From NCBI GenBank assembly GCA_030770535.1, contig JASVEC010000012.1, positions 1,054,001 through 1,118,000 on the forward strand: a stretch of DNA of 64,000 nt, given 5' to 3'. The translations under genes and the position numbers were made by a program. The first letter of the stretch is position 1; every line of letters begins with the position of its first letter. Source of the stretch: Batkoa obscura (taxonomy: Eukaryota). Shown piece by piece: positions 1 to 14,909 of the stretch. The notes beneath the pieces were generated by a model that had not been told where the DNA came from, made no database searches, and saw only the letters and a list, made by a program, of their open reading frames with translations.

Positions 1-478
1 CTTTACAATGCAATCTATTGCCTCAGTATCTTCATCACCTAATCAATTATTAGAATCTTTTGATATTGTTTTGACTTGATTTCTTTACCTAAAATGCCAC
101 CAAACAAAACATAGTCAAACTCACTTACATCTTCTGGTGATAACACTTTATCGGATTCTTGATCCAACAAACAGATCTAAGAGGCCAAAGTTAATTCTAT
201 AAATATACTAAATCATCCCAAAAATACCCTATCAAATGGTAAACCGAGATCTAAAATATCTTTTTGGGAACATAACTCCTTCGATACATTCTTAGGCATG
301 TCTTTGATATGTTCTTGTGGTACCTTTGTAAAGAGTAAGTTGTCTTTACCTACAACTTGACTCATGTGTGAATATTCTAGTTGGCACCTTGGGTTTTCGT
401 TAGTTGATTTTCATAGGAGATTAATATTGTTTACCATTCGTAGACCTCTTCTTCCATGTGCTCAACAATATACTTCAT
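1..478 (-). CDS. SFM1: SPOUT-family protein arginine methyltransferase Sfm1; multi-exon, 3' end runs off the window
   Basis: Spliced translation MKYIVEHMEEEVYEW|CQLEYSHMSQVVGKDNLLF...ICLLDQES...EFDYVLFGGI matches yeast Sfm1 motifs (MKYIIEHMEE..EW..LEY; FDYFVFGGILGD). Not in the ORF track. Confidence 0.88.
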
Positions 479-758
479 TTTGACTTTGATTGGAAAAAAA
501 ATTAAAGAAAAAAAGAAAAAATCAATAAAATCAATAAAAATGAAAAATATAAAATAAAAGAATATAAAGAATTGTATACTTTGCCACTTTAGTAAGCAAA
601 ATCCCATATTTTTTAACTTACTATTATTATTATTTTAACAATATAAATAAAACAAAATCATCAAAATTTAAAATTTGATTTAAAATCAACAATTAAATAA
701 TTCATCTATTATATTTTATTTTATCCTTAAACAAGTAACCCTCACTATCATCAATCCT

Positions 759-1145
759 TTAAATAACCTTAGGAGCTAATGAAAGTACTTTAAGCCATTG
801 TTTTTGACGCAACTCGTTAGCGACTAAACCTAATACACGGGTACCAAGGGGCTGTTGAGAAGCGTTAAGTAAGACACAAGCGTTATCATCAAAACGGATA
901 TATCTACCATCAGCTCTACGGATTTCTTTCTTACATCTAACGATTACTGCTCTTTTAACATCTCCTTTTTTAACTTTAGTAATAGTATTTCCTCTTTCTG
1001 TATTGATTGGTTTAGCTTTCTTAACAGCTACTACAATCTCATCACCGACGCTAGCTACTTTTCCATTGCGTAATACTTTGATGCATTCGACAAAGATAGC
1101 CCCTGAATTGTCTATAACGTTAAGGATACTTTTTAGTTGGATCAT
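759..1145 (-). CDS. MRPL38: Mitochondrial ribosomal protein uL14m
   Basis: [50 protein letters not shown] are L14 signatures; intronless. Confidence 0.95.
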   Translation of the reverse strand: MIQLKSILNVIDNSGAIFVECIKVLRNGKVASVGDEIVVAVKKAKPINTERGNTITKVKKGDVKRAVIVRCKKEIRRADGRYIRFDDNACVLLNASQQPLGTRVLGLVANELRQKQWLKVLSLAPKVI

Positions 1146-1315
1146 TTTTTTATTTTTTGTTTTAAAAGTTAAAAACTAGTTAAAAGGTTTGAAAATTAAA
1201 AGCTTCGAGAGTTTTATTTTAACCAATCATTTGCAAGTTAAAATCTGATATATTTTGAAAGTATAAACAAATGTAAACAAAAGTAGTCTGTATTAAACAA
1301 TAAAAATTAATCAAT

Positions 1316-3701
<2,386 letters not shown>

Positions 3702-3985
3702 TTTGAATTTATTTCTCTAGTTTACTATTTGTGATAAATATAGTATAGCTGTCAATATTAAGAAAAAAGTTTGTTTTGAAAAATTTGAGTTTTTTATAAC
3801 ATTTCTGATTGGAAGTTTCTAGAATTTATGGATAAATTTTGACTCCTTTTTATAATTGATCGTTATCTGATCAGGGTTAATTAGTCTAGCTGATATCACT
3901 TAACTATTTTTATTTAGATTAAATGGAATCTAATAATAAAAAGCAAAAAAAATTAATATGTGAAATTATATTTCGCTTGCTTTAT

Positions 3986-5004
3986 TTAATTGGATTTTTT
4001 GTCTTTTAGACTACCCATTCTTTTACGATCATTAACATAAAAGTGAACAAAAAGAGAAAGCATAGAGATCATGTATAATAATAGTAGACATGATAGGAAG
4101 TGAGGATAACCACCATTATTCAAATGTTTTTCTGGCCGGAAGAAATAATAATCCAAAATATTAAATGATGCTTGAATGAAATTCAAAGAAAATTGAAGGA
4201 TCTGAGCTATAGTTATATACTTCTTAATAAAACTTACAAAACTTAATTTCAACGCGGAACCAAGATAATAAGAATACATTAAGATATGTATAAAGGTGTT
4301 TAAAATGGTGGAAAAATAAGTATCCCCATTAGGACCAAATAAAGTAACTAACCACATCACTATAAATATTGAGGTGTGATGATACACATGTAAAAATGAA
4401 ACCTGGCGATAATTCTTTTTTAATAACATGATGATGGTATCGTTAAATTCAAATATTTTAGAGAAATAAAATAGCCACACTATTTTGGCCATCTAAATAA
4501 TGTTATAAATATGAGTATAGTTGTATAAAATAATAATCTTACGGGTATACCAGTGGGTGTAATATCGATAGGGTTACCGAATAGAGTATAATTATCATGA
4601 ATGGTTTGTAGACTTGTAGCAATAAAAATATAAGCTGAAATTACAATCATAAAGAAATTATGAATCATTGAAATTAATCTTAAGTTATATTTTTTAATTG
4701 TATCATTATTATATAATAAATAAACTATAGTTAAATAAATTGATAATATTATAAACACTTCTGTCAATTTCATCAGGGGTAGTGACTCGCTATTAGAGAC
4801 ACTCTTAGTCTTTATTAAACTTTCTAACTTTTCGATGAGGTTTTTACTATTCTTATTGATCACATTTTCAACCGCATCGGTATAGGGACTGAAATAAAGG
4901 GTCAATTTTTCAGTGAATTTTAATATTATATCTACTGGTAAATCGTAATATGCTGCTTTTACATTGTATTGTTTACAGATTGAGTTTAATTTATCTACAT
5001 TCAT
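3986..5004 (-). CDS. ELO/GNS1 fatty-acid elongase, PUFA (delta-6, GLELO-like) type; 2 exons
   Basis: KIFEFNDT, QVSFLHVYHH histidine box, NTFIHILMYSYY, T.AQILQF and a C-terminal lysine-rich ER-retention-like end. MAKIVWLFYFSK closely resembles Mortierella GLELO. Intron at about 4493-4542. Confidence 0.9.
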
Positions 5005-5327
5005 GGTGACAACTATTAGTATCAAAATTGATTGTGTGTTTTATTTATACTTTGAGTTTATCCTTAATCTTTATCCCTTCTTTTAAGAGCCAATCAAATC
5101 GCTTGCTACTAATCCCTTTATTTACCCTTTTTTATATGTTTGAAAAATATTATATTAAGGTAGCAATTATTATTGACAATATCAATATATCATAATATTT
5201 ATATAAATAATAAAGAAATAATAAAGAGGACAATTCTAAATAAATAAATAAATTTTTATTACTACTTAGAATTCAACTTCGGATTATTATTAAACCTCAA
5301 AAACTCAATTTCATTAAACTCAATTAT

Positions 5328-5855
5328 TTAAACCATAAAAGAAACAGTCCATGAGAACCAATTTAAAGCAGACAATGTAGTAAGAATAAAAGGTACATTG
5401 AGTGCACAGATATTTGATAATGGATTGGGTTCAAGAGGAGCAACTGGGTAGTTAATGAACCAGATAATAGAAGCAATCATCCAAATAATAGCAAATAATA
5501 AACTGAAGCATTCTTGTAAGCCCGGAATGGAAGTCAAGGTTGTCCAACAGTTTGGAATGGCTTTGTAGATAGTATCACTATCTGAGGCCATCAAAGAGAA
5601 TAAAAAGGTCAATAAAGAAACAAATTGATTTGTACGTTGTAATAAACTAACGGGTTGACTGGTGTAGATAGGGTGTTGTAAAATGTAATAACCGTAAAAG
5701 ATAAAGTAAGCACCAGATAATAAACATTGGCTCAATTTATTACAGTCTTGGAAATCGATATTATGTACAATTTGTTTGGTTTGGGTGGCATTGTTATTGT
5801 TATTTACAGTAGTAGTAGTAGTACTGGTGGTATTATTTAAAGTAGTAGAACTCAT
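5328..5855 (-). CDS. Hypothetical multi-pass membrane protein (possibly MARVEL-like)
   Basis: 175-aa ATG-initiated ORF with a T/N-rich N-terminus and about 4 hydrophobic segments; family assignment is weak. Confidence 0.6.
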   Translation of the reverse strand: MSSTTLNNTTSTTTTTVNNNNNATQTKQIVHNIDFQDCNKLSQCLLSGAYFIFYGYYILQHPIYTSQPVSLLQRTNQFVSLLTFLFSLMASDSDTIYKAIPNCWTTLTSIPGLQECFSLLFAIIWMIASIIWFINYPVAPLEPNPLSNICALNVPFILTTLSALNWFSWTVSFMV

Positions 5856-6940
5856 ATTAAAATTAAAATTGAGCTAAAAAATAAGAAGCAATTATTATTT
5901 TATAAAATTTATAATTACTTTAATTTATAACTGGTATTTTTATACTTTGATTTTATTGATTTCTTGCTATACCTAAAATAACACAAACTAACTTTATGGG
6001 GTACCTTTAAGCCTTTACATTATGCACCCCTAATTTGGTGCAATAAAGAAGTTAGAAATTACTTTATTTTCTATTTTAACCAATCAAATTAGTTATCCCC
6101 CATTCAACTCGATGGGATTAAATCTAACAATTTAAGGCATGAAACCTACAATTTAAGTCACAACGCTTTTTTATCAGCTTTGAAGTTGGCCCCTTCTTTT
6201 GCATTTTCTTTTTACTATGCTTTTTAATTTATTTTTAATTGAATTTCATGTCCAATTAAATGTTCATTACATGCTAAAATTGGGATCAAAATCAAAAAGT
6301 TTTACTTTAATACATTGTTGCTTTTAAAAATTACAGTTTTATGTATTATGAAATAATAGTTTTCAATATTACTTTATCCATTTAATTTTTAAAAAGTTGA
6401 ATAACAATAGATTTAAATGGCGTTGAGAATATAATATAAAAGTTGGCTATTAAATAACTGTTTTAAAAAATAATTACGTAGTTCAGACAGTGATCAGTGT
6501 AAATAGTAACTTTTATAATCTCTTTATTAGTTCATGTATTAAAGTTATTTAATAATTACTTGCTAAATAGTATAATTTTAAATAAGGTAATAATAGTTAG
6601 TTGTAAATTTTAACATTTACAATACAAAAGGCTGTTCATAAGCAAAATTACGTAGTTTCTATAGGAGTTGATATACAAATCTACTTTCATTGTTTTCAGC
6701 TAATTGATTCTATTAAATTTATATAACAGTTACGTATCAAACAGTATAATTGTACCTTATTAAAGTAATTTAAGTAAATGTAAAGCTTAATATTCACAAT
6801 TATTGTTGATACAATAATATTTAAATGACAAACCTTTTTATATAAATTATATCCGCCTGAGTTTTATCATTGCATTTTAATTATATTTTTTCATAGAGAT
6901 TATAACTAACTGAATAAATATCATCAATTTTTATTAGCTT

Positions 6941-7043
6941 TATGGGGATGTATTTTTTTGTTTAAGAATTTTACTAACAAATTTTCCGCTCAATAGCGCT
7001 TAAAAAATGGAAAAAAATAATGAAACCCAAAAACATCCTCTTA
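6941..7043 (+). mobile_element. ~103-bp MITE family A, copy 1
   Basis: TATGGGGATGTATTTTTTT terminus and the shared core AATTTTACTAACAA..GCGCTTAAAAAATGGAAAAA..ATGAAACC. Confidence 0.8.
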
Positions 7044-7768
7044 TGTCTTTTAGATAAAACTTTAGTTTTGAAAATATGTATTAATATTTATATTGATTTA
7101 AAGTGTAAAGCTGAATTTAAAAAATAATCACCGCTTTAGAAAATCTTTCTAACTACACAAAAGATTCGAGGCTAAAACTCCACTATTGGGAGTGAGTGTT
7201 AGCTAAGTCTTTAAAAGCAAGCTAATTTTCCAGTTATAAATATTGAATTTTAATATCAACTATTGATAAATGTGGGCTGTATTTATTTGTAATTTAGAAT
7301 AAACAATATAATCTGAGAATTTATACTTACAGCTAATCAATTATTCACTGTATTAGTACTCAAACGCGATCATTAAAGTAAATTTTAACAAATAATTAGT
7401 CTAAAATAATATTTATCAGCTTTATCTTTATTTTATCATTTATAACCGAAAGAAAGTATGAGATAGACATTATTATTAGGTGAAAAAATAGTGTTGGATT
7501 GTTTTGTCTTTCATGCTGCCTTTAATTTCTACGTTTAAAAGACTCTATAATAAATTTGAAATCGTACTACTGTTAAAAGAACAATAGTCACAACTAATAG
7601 AAAATGAATAACCTTTCTTATCTCATAACGGTTACTAATTCGAAATTCATGGCTATTATCCCCAATGGCTATATTAGTTTGTGGCAGTTCTCCAAATTTA
7701 GATCAAAAAATGTAAAGTATAAATAACAGAAATTTAGCTCTTGCACTCTTTAGATTTTTAATTTTATC

Positions 7769-8377
7769 ATGTCGGATCCAACCACTCAAAGGTTAAACAG
7801 AGTTCAAAATGCGGTAGAAATGATCCACATTATGTGCGGCTATACAAACATCGTGTTACCCGAGGTAGACAATTCAATTTATTGGTTCACTTTAATATCA
7901 TCAAAGTATTTTAAAACCATAGAAGCTGACAAAGGTAGAATATTCCAAGAGTTTATTGTTGAAAAAAGACACTTGGTACATGCTTAAATTTAGATCCATT
8001 ACATTTTTTAATTTTTTAAAGAACGGTGATCTTAGCATTCATGGAGGATTCCTGGCTTATTTAGTGGATGTATGTGGTACCTATGCAATTTTGACTTTGC
8101 CAAAAGATAATGTTGGTGTTTCAGTGGATATCAATATAAGTTATTTGGCTGGTGCTAAAGTAGGCGAAAAAATTAGAGTAGTATGTAAAATAAATTACTT
8201 AATGAGGATTACTAACAAGCATAATAGGAATCAAGAGTAGATAAAATTGGACGCAGTTTGGCCTTTACATCAGTAGAATTATCCAAGTTAGATAAAGATG
8301 ATAAAAAGGTGGTAGTTGCTTTGGGAAGACGCCCCAAATTTTTGAAAAGAAATTCTGAAATCCCAAATAAATTATAA
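7769..8377 (+). CDS. Hotdog-fold acyl-CoA thioesterase (ACOT13/PaaI-like), copy 1; 4 exons; ends -NKL
   Basis: Exons 7769-7864, 7907-7975, 8022-8180, 8228-8377. Motifs HLN...IHGGFLAYLVD, GVSVDINISYL, KIGRSLAFTSV. Confidence 0.9.
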
Positions 8378-9012
8378 TAGAGGTTAGAGTATTATAGAAA
8401 TTCTAATGCCATGAGTAATAAAAAAGAGCTAGTATTGAACTTTGCATTCAAATATAGTTAAACAGTTTATAAATTTTCATTTTGCCTTTTTTAAGGTACA
8501 TGCTAGATACAACTTTTTTATTGAAAAAATTATAATTTTGATATAAAATTTTATTAGTATAACTAAGCCTGAAGAACTACTGTATATTTAAATATGAGAA
8601 CCATTAAAAATCAGATTTCTACCTCAGTTTCATAGTCTGGATTTTATAAAACTATTAACCCTTGTATTACTTTTTAAAGTTGTGACTTAATTCAAAATCA
8701 GCTAATTTTTGCCAATATACCAAATATAGATAATTTTGCATTAAATATTTAATGATTCATAGAGTTTAATTTTTTAAACCAGCTTTTAAAACCAACTTTT
8801 AAAACAATTCACTTTTGGAAAAAACTACAAAGACAAATAGCTAATGATACTTAAAGGTTTGCCTTTTTCCGATATGTTCTTATCAGAAAGTGCCACCTAT
8901 TTCATTAAAGATTAAGGTTAGATTCCTAAAAATTAAAATTGCTAACGTACTTTTAATAAAGGCCTGAAAAAAGTAAATTTTGTTTTTATTGTTAATTAAT
9001 TCGATAAGTATA

Positions 9013-9113
9013 TATTAGTGTCTTTTTTTGTTTAAAAATTTTACTAACAATTTTTCCACACAAACAGTGCTTTGAAAATGGAAAAAGTGATGAAACCAAA
9101 AAAACACCCCATA
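9013..9113 (+). mobile_element. MITE family A, copy 2
   Basis: Same core; ends AAAAAAACACCCCATA; left terminus degenerate. Confidence 0.78.
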
Positions 9114-9769
9114 CGTTAAATGACACTTATTAACTTTATTTAAATAGCTGTAAATATAGTAAAATTTAATACATAACATTGTTTTTGAATTTTGTAACCA
9201 AAATAGCTAAAAATATAAATACAGTTATTTTATAATCTTTTACGATTTTATTATATTCTTAATATCCTTAACACTAGTTGTGAAATTTTTGCTTTTTTGA
9301 ACTTAATATCCAACGCACGCTGTCATCTTAAATATCCTAACCAAAAGTTCAATTCTGAAGCCCTTTATTACAAGTGGGCGTAAGTTAAGTCTTTAAAAAC
9401 TATATAACATTCTCTCTTATATATATTCGAATTTAAATTTAGTTATTGTTAAAAATGAGCTATACATTACTGGCAATCTTGTATTTTTGGTATCATAGAG
9501 TAAGTGGTTAACTATCAATCTATCTTTACAGCTAATCTATTGTTTACTACTCAAATACCCAAATTTCATACGTAAAGCGAATAAATGAATAATTGCCTTG
9601 ATGCTTGGTTGGTTACTATATGCTGGGGGATTTTATACAAAAAAACAATTTATTGGTTGCAATACTAAGTAATTTTTTATTCTTAAAAATGAAAATCTCT
9701 CTATTTAAAAGAATACTATGCTGCAGCCATATACTCTAACTCTTTTTAGGTAAGTGAAATCTACTAGTA

Positions 9770-9871
9770 TATGCGAATATATTTTTTTAAAGAATTTTAC
9801 CAACAGTCTTTCTGCTCAAATAGCGCTTAAAAAATGGAAAAAATAATGAAGCCAAAAAAAGCACCCCCATA
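9770..9871 (+). mobile_element. MITE family A, copy 3
   Basis: Same core; ends AAAAAAAGCACCCCCATA. Confidence 0.78.
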
Positions 9872-10279
9872 TAGTAATTTATTTAATAGGTATGACAAAT
9901 CAGCCTATTTTCGAATTTTTTATTTGCTTAATAAAGTCAAAGTTCTAAATTTAGCTATTTATAACTGAAATCAAAATAAGAATGAGGTAAAACAAAACAA
10001 AATATAATAATAATATTGTACCGTTTTATTCTTGGAGTTACTTTTTATTTCTATATTTATAAGGATCTTCAATGAACTAGAACTCGAACTGCTATTTGAC
10101 AAGCAATACTCATAAAAAAATAAAAAAGGCTATAGCCTTAATTATTTCATGTGAATATATTATTCACAACTCGAGCCTGTTGGGTCCTATTAAATTGACT
10201 TATTTTTGACAATTCTCTAATGATAAGATAAAGTATAAATGCCGAACTTTAGGTCTTTAATTCTTTAATTACTTTTATC

Positions 10280-10892
10280 ATGTCGGAACCAACCATCCGA
10301 AGATTAAATAGACTTCATAAAACGGTAGAATTGACCCGCAAGGTATGCGGCTATACAAGAGCTGTATTACCCGAAGTAAGCAGTTTTATACGTTAGTTCA
10401 TTTTAATATCATTAAAGTATTTTGAAACTATAGAAGCTGATGAAAGGAAAATAGTGCAAGAGTTTATTGTCGAAAAAAGGCATTTGGTATGTATTAAAAT
10501 TAAAGTTTCTCATTATTTCTTAATATCTTTTTAAAGAACAACGACCTTAGCATCCATGGAGGATTTCTAGCTTACTTGGTGGACATGTGTGGTAGCTATG
10601 CAATCTTGAATTCACTCAAAGATTACTGTGGGGTTTCAGTGGATATCAATATAAGTTATTTAGCTGGTGCTAGAGTAGGCGAAAAAATCAAAGTGGTAAG
10701 TATAACAAACCTCTTATTAAAGACTGTTACTAAATATAGCAGGAATCAAGAGTAGATAAAATTGGACGCAGTTTGGCCTTTACATCAGTAGAATTATCCA
10801 AGTTAGATAAAGATGATAAAAAGGTGGTAGTTGCTTTGGGAAGGCATACTAAGTTTTTGAAAAGAAATACTAAAATTCCAAGTAAATTATAG
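10280..10892 (+). CDS. ACOT13/PaaI-like thioesterase, copy 2; 4 exons; ends -SKL (PTS1)
   Basis: Same exon structure as copy 1; NNDLSIHGGFLAYLVDMCG...ALGRHTKFLKRNTKIPSKL*. Not in the ORF track. Confidence 0.9.
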
Positions 10893-12495
10893 TGGATATT
10901 AGAGTGCTATATGAGTTGTAATATATGAAATAAAAGAGAATTTGTACTAGACTGTAAGCTCAAAGGATTGTTAATTATCATAGATGAGTATATTGTCTTA
11001 TTTCTCAAACTTACATACCAGATACATATTCATAACAAGGAAAGTAAAACTTTTAAGCAGTTTACTTGTAGCGCTTTGTTTTATTTTTAAGATAATTATA
11101 TCAAAAAAAATATATAAATAGTTGATTTGAAAAAGTAATAGAGTGTATGTAAAAAACACAATCTTAGTTTGATACTGCATTTTCCTTTTGAGAAGATTAA
11201 TCAAATCATTAAAATATGCAAAGTGTCACATTCAACTTATATATAGTTATAAACTTATTTGAGGTAGTAGTAAAGGTCCATATATTATGGTTTTACTTCA
11301 AAAATCCCTTTAAAAGCTCTTAAATTATAAATACAATTATATATCATTAATATATAAAGAAAATAAGTGCTTTATAGAAATTGGAGCCATCCATTTAAAA
11401 CTCTGTTTTTAAATAGTCATGTTCCAAAATACCGTATTTATCAACAACTTTAAATTTATTTCAAACTATCTATTATATTCTAATATTTTAGTGCAGTTTT
11501 GATTTTAGGCTTACTATACAACATACCCCATCCTTTCAAATGTAGAAACTAAAGGTTCGACTCTAAAATTCTCTGTTGAAAATGATTATAGGTTAAGTTA
11601 CTAGGAATTATTCGAGCTTCCCTGTTATATACATTCCTTTTAAAATTAGCCATTGCTAAATATATTTTATATTTTTTAAACTATAGGATAAATAATTTAA
11701 GTTGGGAATCTATGGTTGGAATTATTTCGTCATTTACTATATAAATACTCTAAGGCTATAACTGAATGAACTTTGTTAAGCAATTAGTCTGAAATAGCTA
11801 TAATAAGACATTGAGTTTATTTCTATTTCATCTTCTATAATAGAAAGTATGAAAAGAACAAAAGTGTAATAAAAGGGATAGTAGTATACACTATTTTCAT
11901 TTATAGTTTATGTACTTTCCTAAAAAAGAATGGACATTTCTGAAAAAAAATTGCCATTTACTTGAAGAAAAGTTTACGCATTCTCGAGTAAACTCAAGGC
12001 TAAGTTTTTCGCATTCATATATGAAAATGCGTCTTTTTTTTCAAGCAAATAGCAAAATATATATTTCAAAACGTTCACTTTTTTTATAGGAAAGTGCATA
12101 AACCATGAATGAAAATAGTGCAAAACTATTTCATGTATGAAATTTTTTTCATTTTGTTTGAAAGGTCTTCCAATGAATCGAAGCTTATGCAGTGGTGAAG
12201 GAACATTGCTCATAATTTTTTTTAGATCTTGAACCCAATAAGGCAAGTGTCTTTATTATTTATAAATAGATAAGGGTAAAGAAGTTGGGAGGCCAATTGG
12301 CTAGAGAGTCAATTCCAATATTACTTATAAATTAATAAAAAAATTTATAGCCTTTTTTATCTCTTCACAATTACTAATTCAAAACTTGAGGCTATTAACT
12401 CCGATTAAATTAAATTAAATTTTGGACTATTCTTCAACAACAGACCAAGGATAAATAATAAATTTCGGAACTTCAATTCTTTAATTACTTTTACC

Positions 12496-13106
12496 ATGTT
12501 AGACTCATCCCCCGAAATATTGAGCAAAATTCAAAAAGCGGTAGAAGTTATCCGCACAATGTGTAGTTATACAAGCATTGTATTGCCCGAGGTTAGATAA
12601 CCAAATACACTAAACGATTTTTAATATTATTAAAGTATTTTGAAACCATAGAAGCTGGAGAAGGGAGAGTAGTCCAAGAGTTTATTGTTGAAAAAAGACA
12701 CTTGGTACATGCTTAAATTTAGATCCATTACATTTTTTAATTTTTTAAAGAACGGTGATCTTAGCATTCATGGAGGATTCCTGGCTTATTTAGTGGATGT
12801 ATGTGGTACCTATGCAATTTTGACTTTGCCAAAAGATAATGTTGGTGTTTCAGTGGATATCAATATAAGTTATTTGGCTGGTGCTAAAGTAGGCGAAAAA
12901 ATTAGAGTAGTATGTAAAATAAATTACTTAATGAGGATTACTAACAAGCATAATAGGAATCAAGAGTAGATAAAATTGGACGCAGTTTGGCCTTTACATC
13001 AGTAGAATTATCCAAGTTAGATAAAGATGATAAAAAGGTGGTAGTTGCTTTGGGAAGGCATACAAAGTTTTTAAAAGGTAAAGGAGGGAGTATAAATAAG
13101 CTATAA
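12496..13106 (+). CDS. ACOT13/PaaI-like thioesterase, copy 3; 4 exons; ends -NKL
   Basis: Same structure; MLDSSPEILSKIQKAVEV...ALGRHTKFLKGKGGSINKL*. Confidence 0.9.
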
Positions 13107-13771
13107 TGTATCTTAGGATATTATAAAGCTTGCGGCATTATTGAATAAAGAAGTGTTGATGCTGAATTGTATGGTTAGTGACAATAAACGAAAATGATTA
13201 TAATCAATAACATTTGATCCTTTCCTTGAATGTACACGTCAAGTGCAAGTTTTATTTATAGAAGTCGCTATAACTGTAGCTTAATATTTGATTTTTTAGC
13301 TAATGATGGCTCGAGGAGCACTGAAGCATTTATTGTGTGAAAAATTTAAGAAGTACTTGCTATTTCTACTTTATTTTATTGCTTAAAGTTTATAAAACTG
13401 TGAGTTATCTCACTGCTTTGAATAAGTTGTAATGCCAACGTATAAATAAAAGCATTTCATTAACATTATTATGTGTATTTTGCACAAAAACATTTAAAAT
13501 GATTTCAGGAAGAATGTCAATATTTAAAGAATGAGTTATTTTTTGGAAGTAGTCTAAAGTTTTATAAAGTATACCTAAAAATAAGAAGTCCGAATAACTT
13601 TTAATATTTGGAGTTTTATTAGCTACTTTATCTAAATTGTAAAAACTTGTTGCACTTTTGTACCTGCTGTTTGTGATTTACTTTTCTATACCTTATATTT
13701 TTCGATATTATATTTTTTATTGAAATTAAACAGTATTAATTTGAAAATTTGATAATTGTTTTATGGAAAAA

Positions 13772-13877
13772 TATGGGGGGTGTTTTTTTTGGTTTCATTA
13801 CTTTTTCCATTTTTCAAGCACTGTTTGTGTGGAAAAATTGCTAGTGAAATTCTTAAATAAAAAAATACAACCTCATA
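13772..13877 (-). mobile_element. MITE family A, copy 4
   Basis: Reverse orientation; TATGGGGGGTGTTTTTTTT ... AAAAATACAACCTCATA. Confidence 0.8.
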
Positions 13878-14211
13878 TAATATTTACTAAAAATAATACC
13901 AATATTTTAAAAAGATGTCTCAACTTTTAAACTTAATAATGATTTTAAAATCATTTCAAGTTAATTGCTATTGAAAACTGTAAAATGCTTTGATAGTTTT
14001 CAATCGTTAGCTCAAAATAATAGGTTTTGATTCCTGTATAGCTTTTAGTCACAACCACATTATTATTTCTAAAAGAATATATTCGGCTATATGAGTTCAA
14101 GGATGATATGATAGACTGTCTCAATAGTAAGTGTTTTTTTGTATACAAAGTCCAATATGTGTCCTCGTTTATTTGATATAGCACGCAATGTTTATAAGAT
14201 TTGGATGCCTA

Positions 14212-14909
14212 TTACAATTTACTTTTATTTACGTCGTTACCTTTTAAAAACACTGTATGCCTCACCTAAAGCAATTATACCCTTTTTACTATTTTTATCT
14301 TGCCTAAATAACTCTACTGATATGAAGGCTAAACTACATCCAATTTTATTTACCTTTGCATCCTATCAATTACGATTAACATTTTTTCTAAATGGGATGT
14401 ATTTTTTGTTTAAGGATTTCACTAGCAATTTTTCCACTCAAATGGTGCTTGAAAAATGGAAAAAGTAATGAAACCAAAAAACATCCCCAAATATTTTTTG
14501 TTGATTTACCGCTTTAACTCTATTTCCCATTTTAGCACTAGCTAAGTAACTTATATTAGTATCTACTGCGACCCCGGGGCACTTTTTAGGGATAGTTAAT
14601 GTCACATAGACGCCACAACGTTTACAAGGTAAGCTATAAATCCATCATGAATGCTATTTTTGGGATTCTTTAAAATTAAAAAGCAATTGATAGGTTAAAA
14701 TCTGTGTTTTTACCGAGTGTTTTTCAACAATAAACTCTTGAGTTACTCTTCCTCCTTCGACCTATTTGTTTTTAATATACTATAATTATTAATATATACT
14801 GATACATGAAGCTATTTACTTTGGGTAAGATAACCCCTGTATAATTAGGTGTTTTATGAAACATTTCATCCTTTTTTTGTACTTCATTTGTTGTTTAATT
14901 GTCTGTCAT
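14212..14909 (-). pseudogene. ACOT13/PaaI-like thioesterase pseudogene (copy 4, inverted) with a MITE in intron 3
   Basis: MTDN* stop in exon 1, TAG in exon 2, frameshifts in exons 3 and 4, HGG changed to HDG; a remnant -SKL* tail is still readable. Confidence 0.85.
14392..14490 (+). mobile_element. MITE family A, copy 5 (inside intron 3 of the thioesterase pseudogene)
   Basis: Same core; the paralogous introns lack this ~100 bp. Confidence 0.85.

Noticed and set aside
10998..12246. Short ORFs 10998-11204 and 11974-12246
   Set aside because: Non-ATG starts, intergenic composition and no motifs; they lie in duplicated spacer DNA of the thioesterase array.
14139..14468. 109-aa + strand ORF
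   Set aside because: Antisense to the thioesterase pseudogene exon 4 and runs into a MITE.
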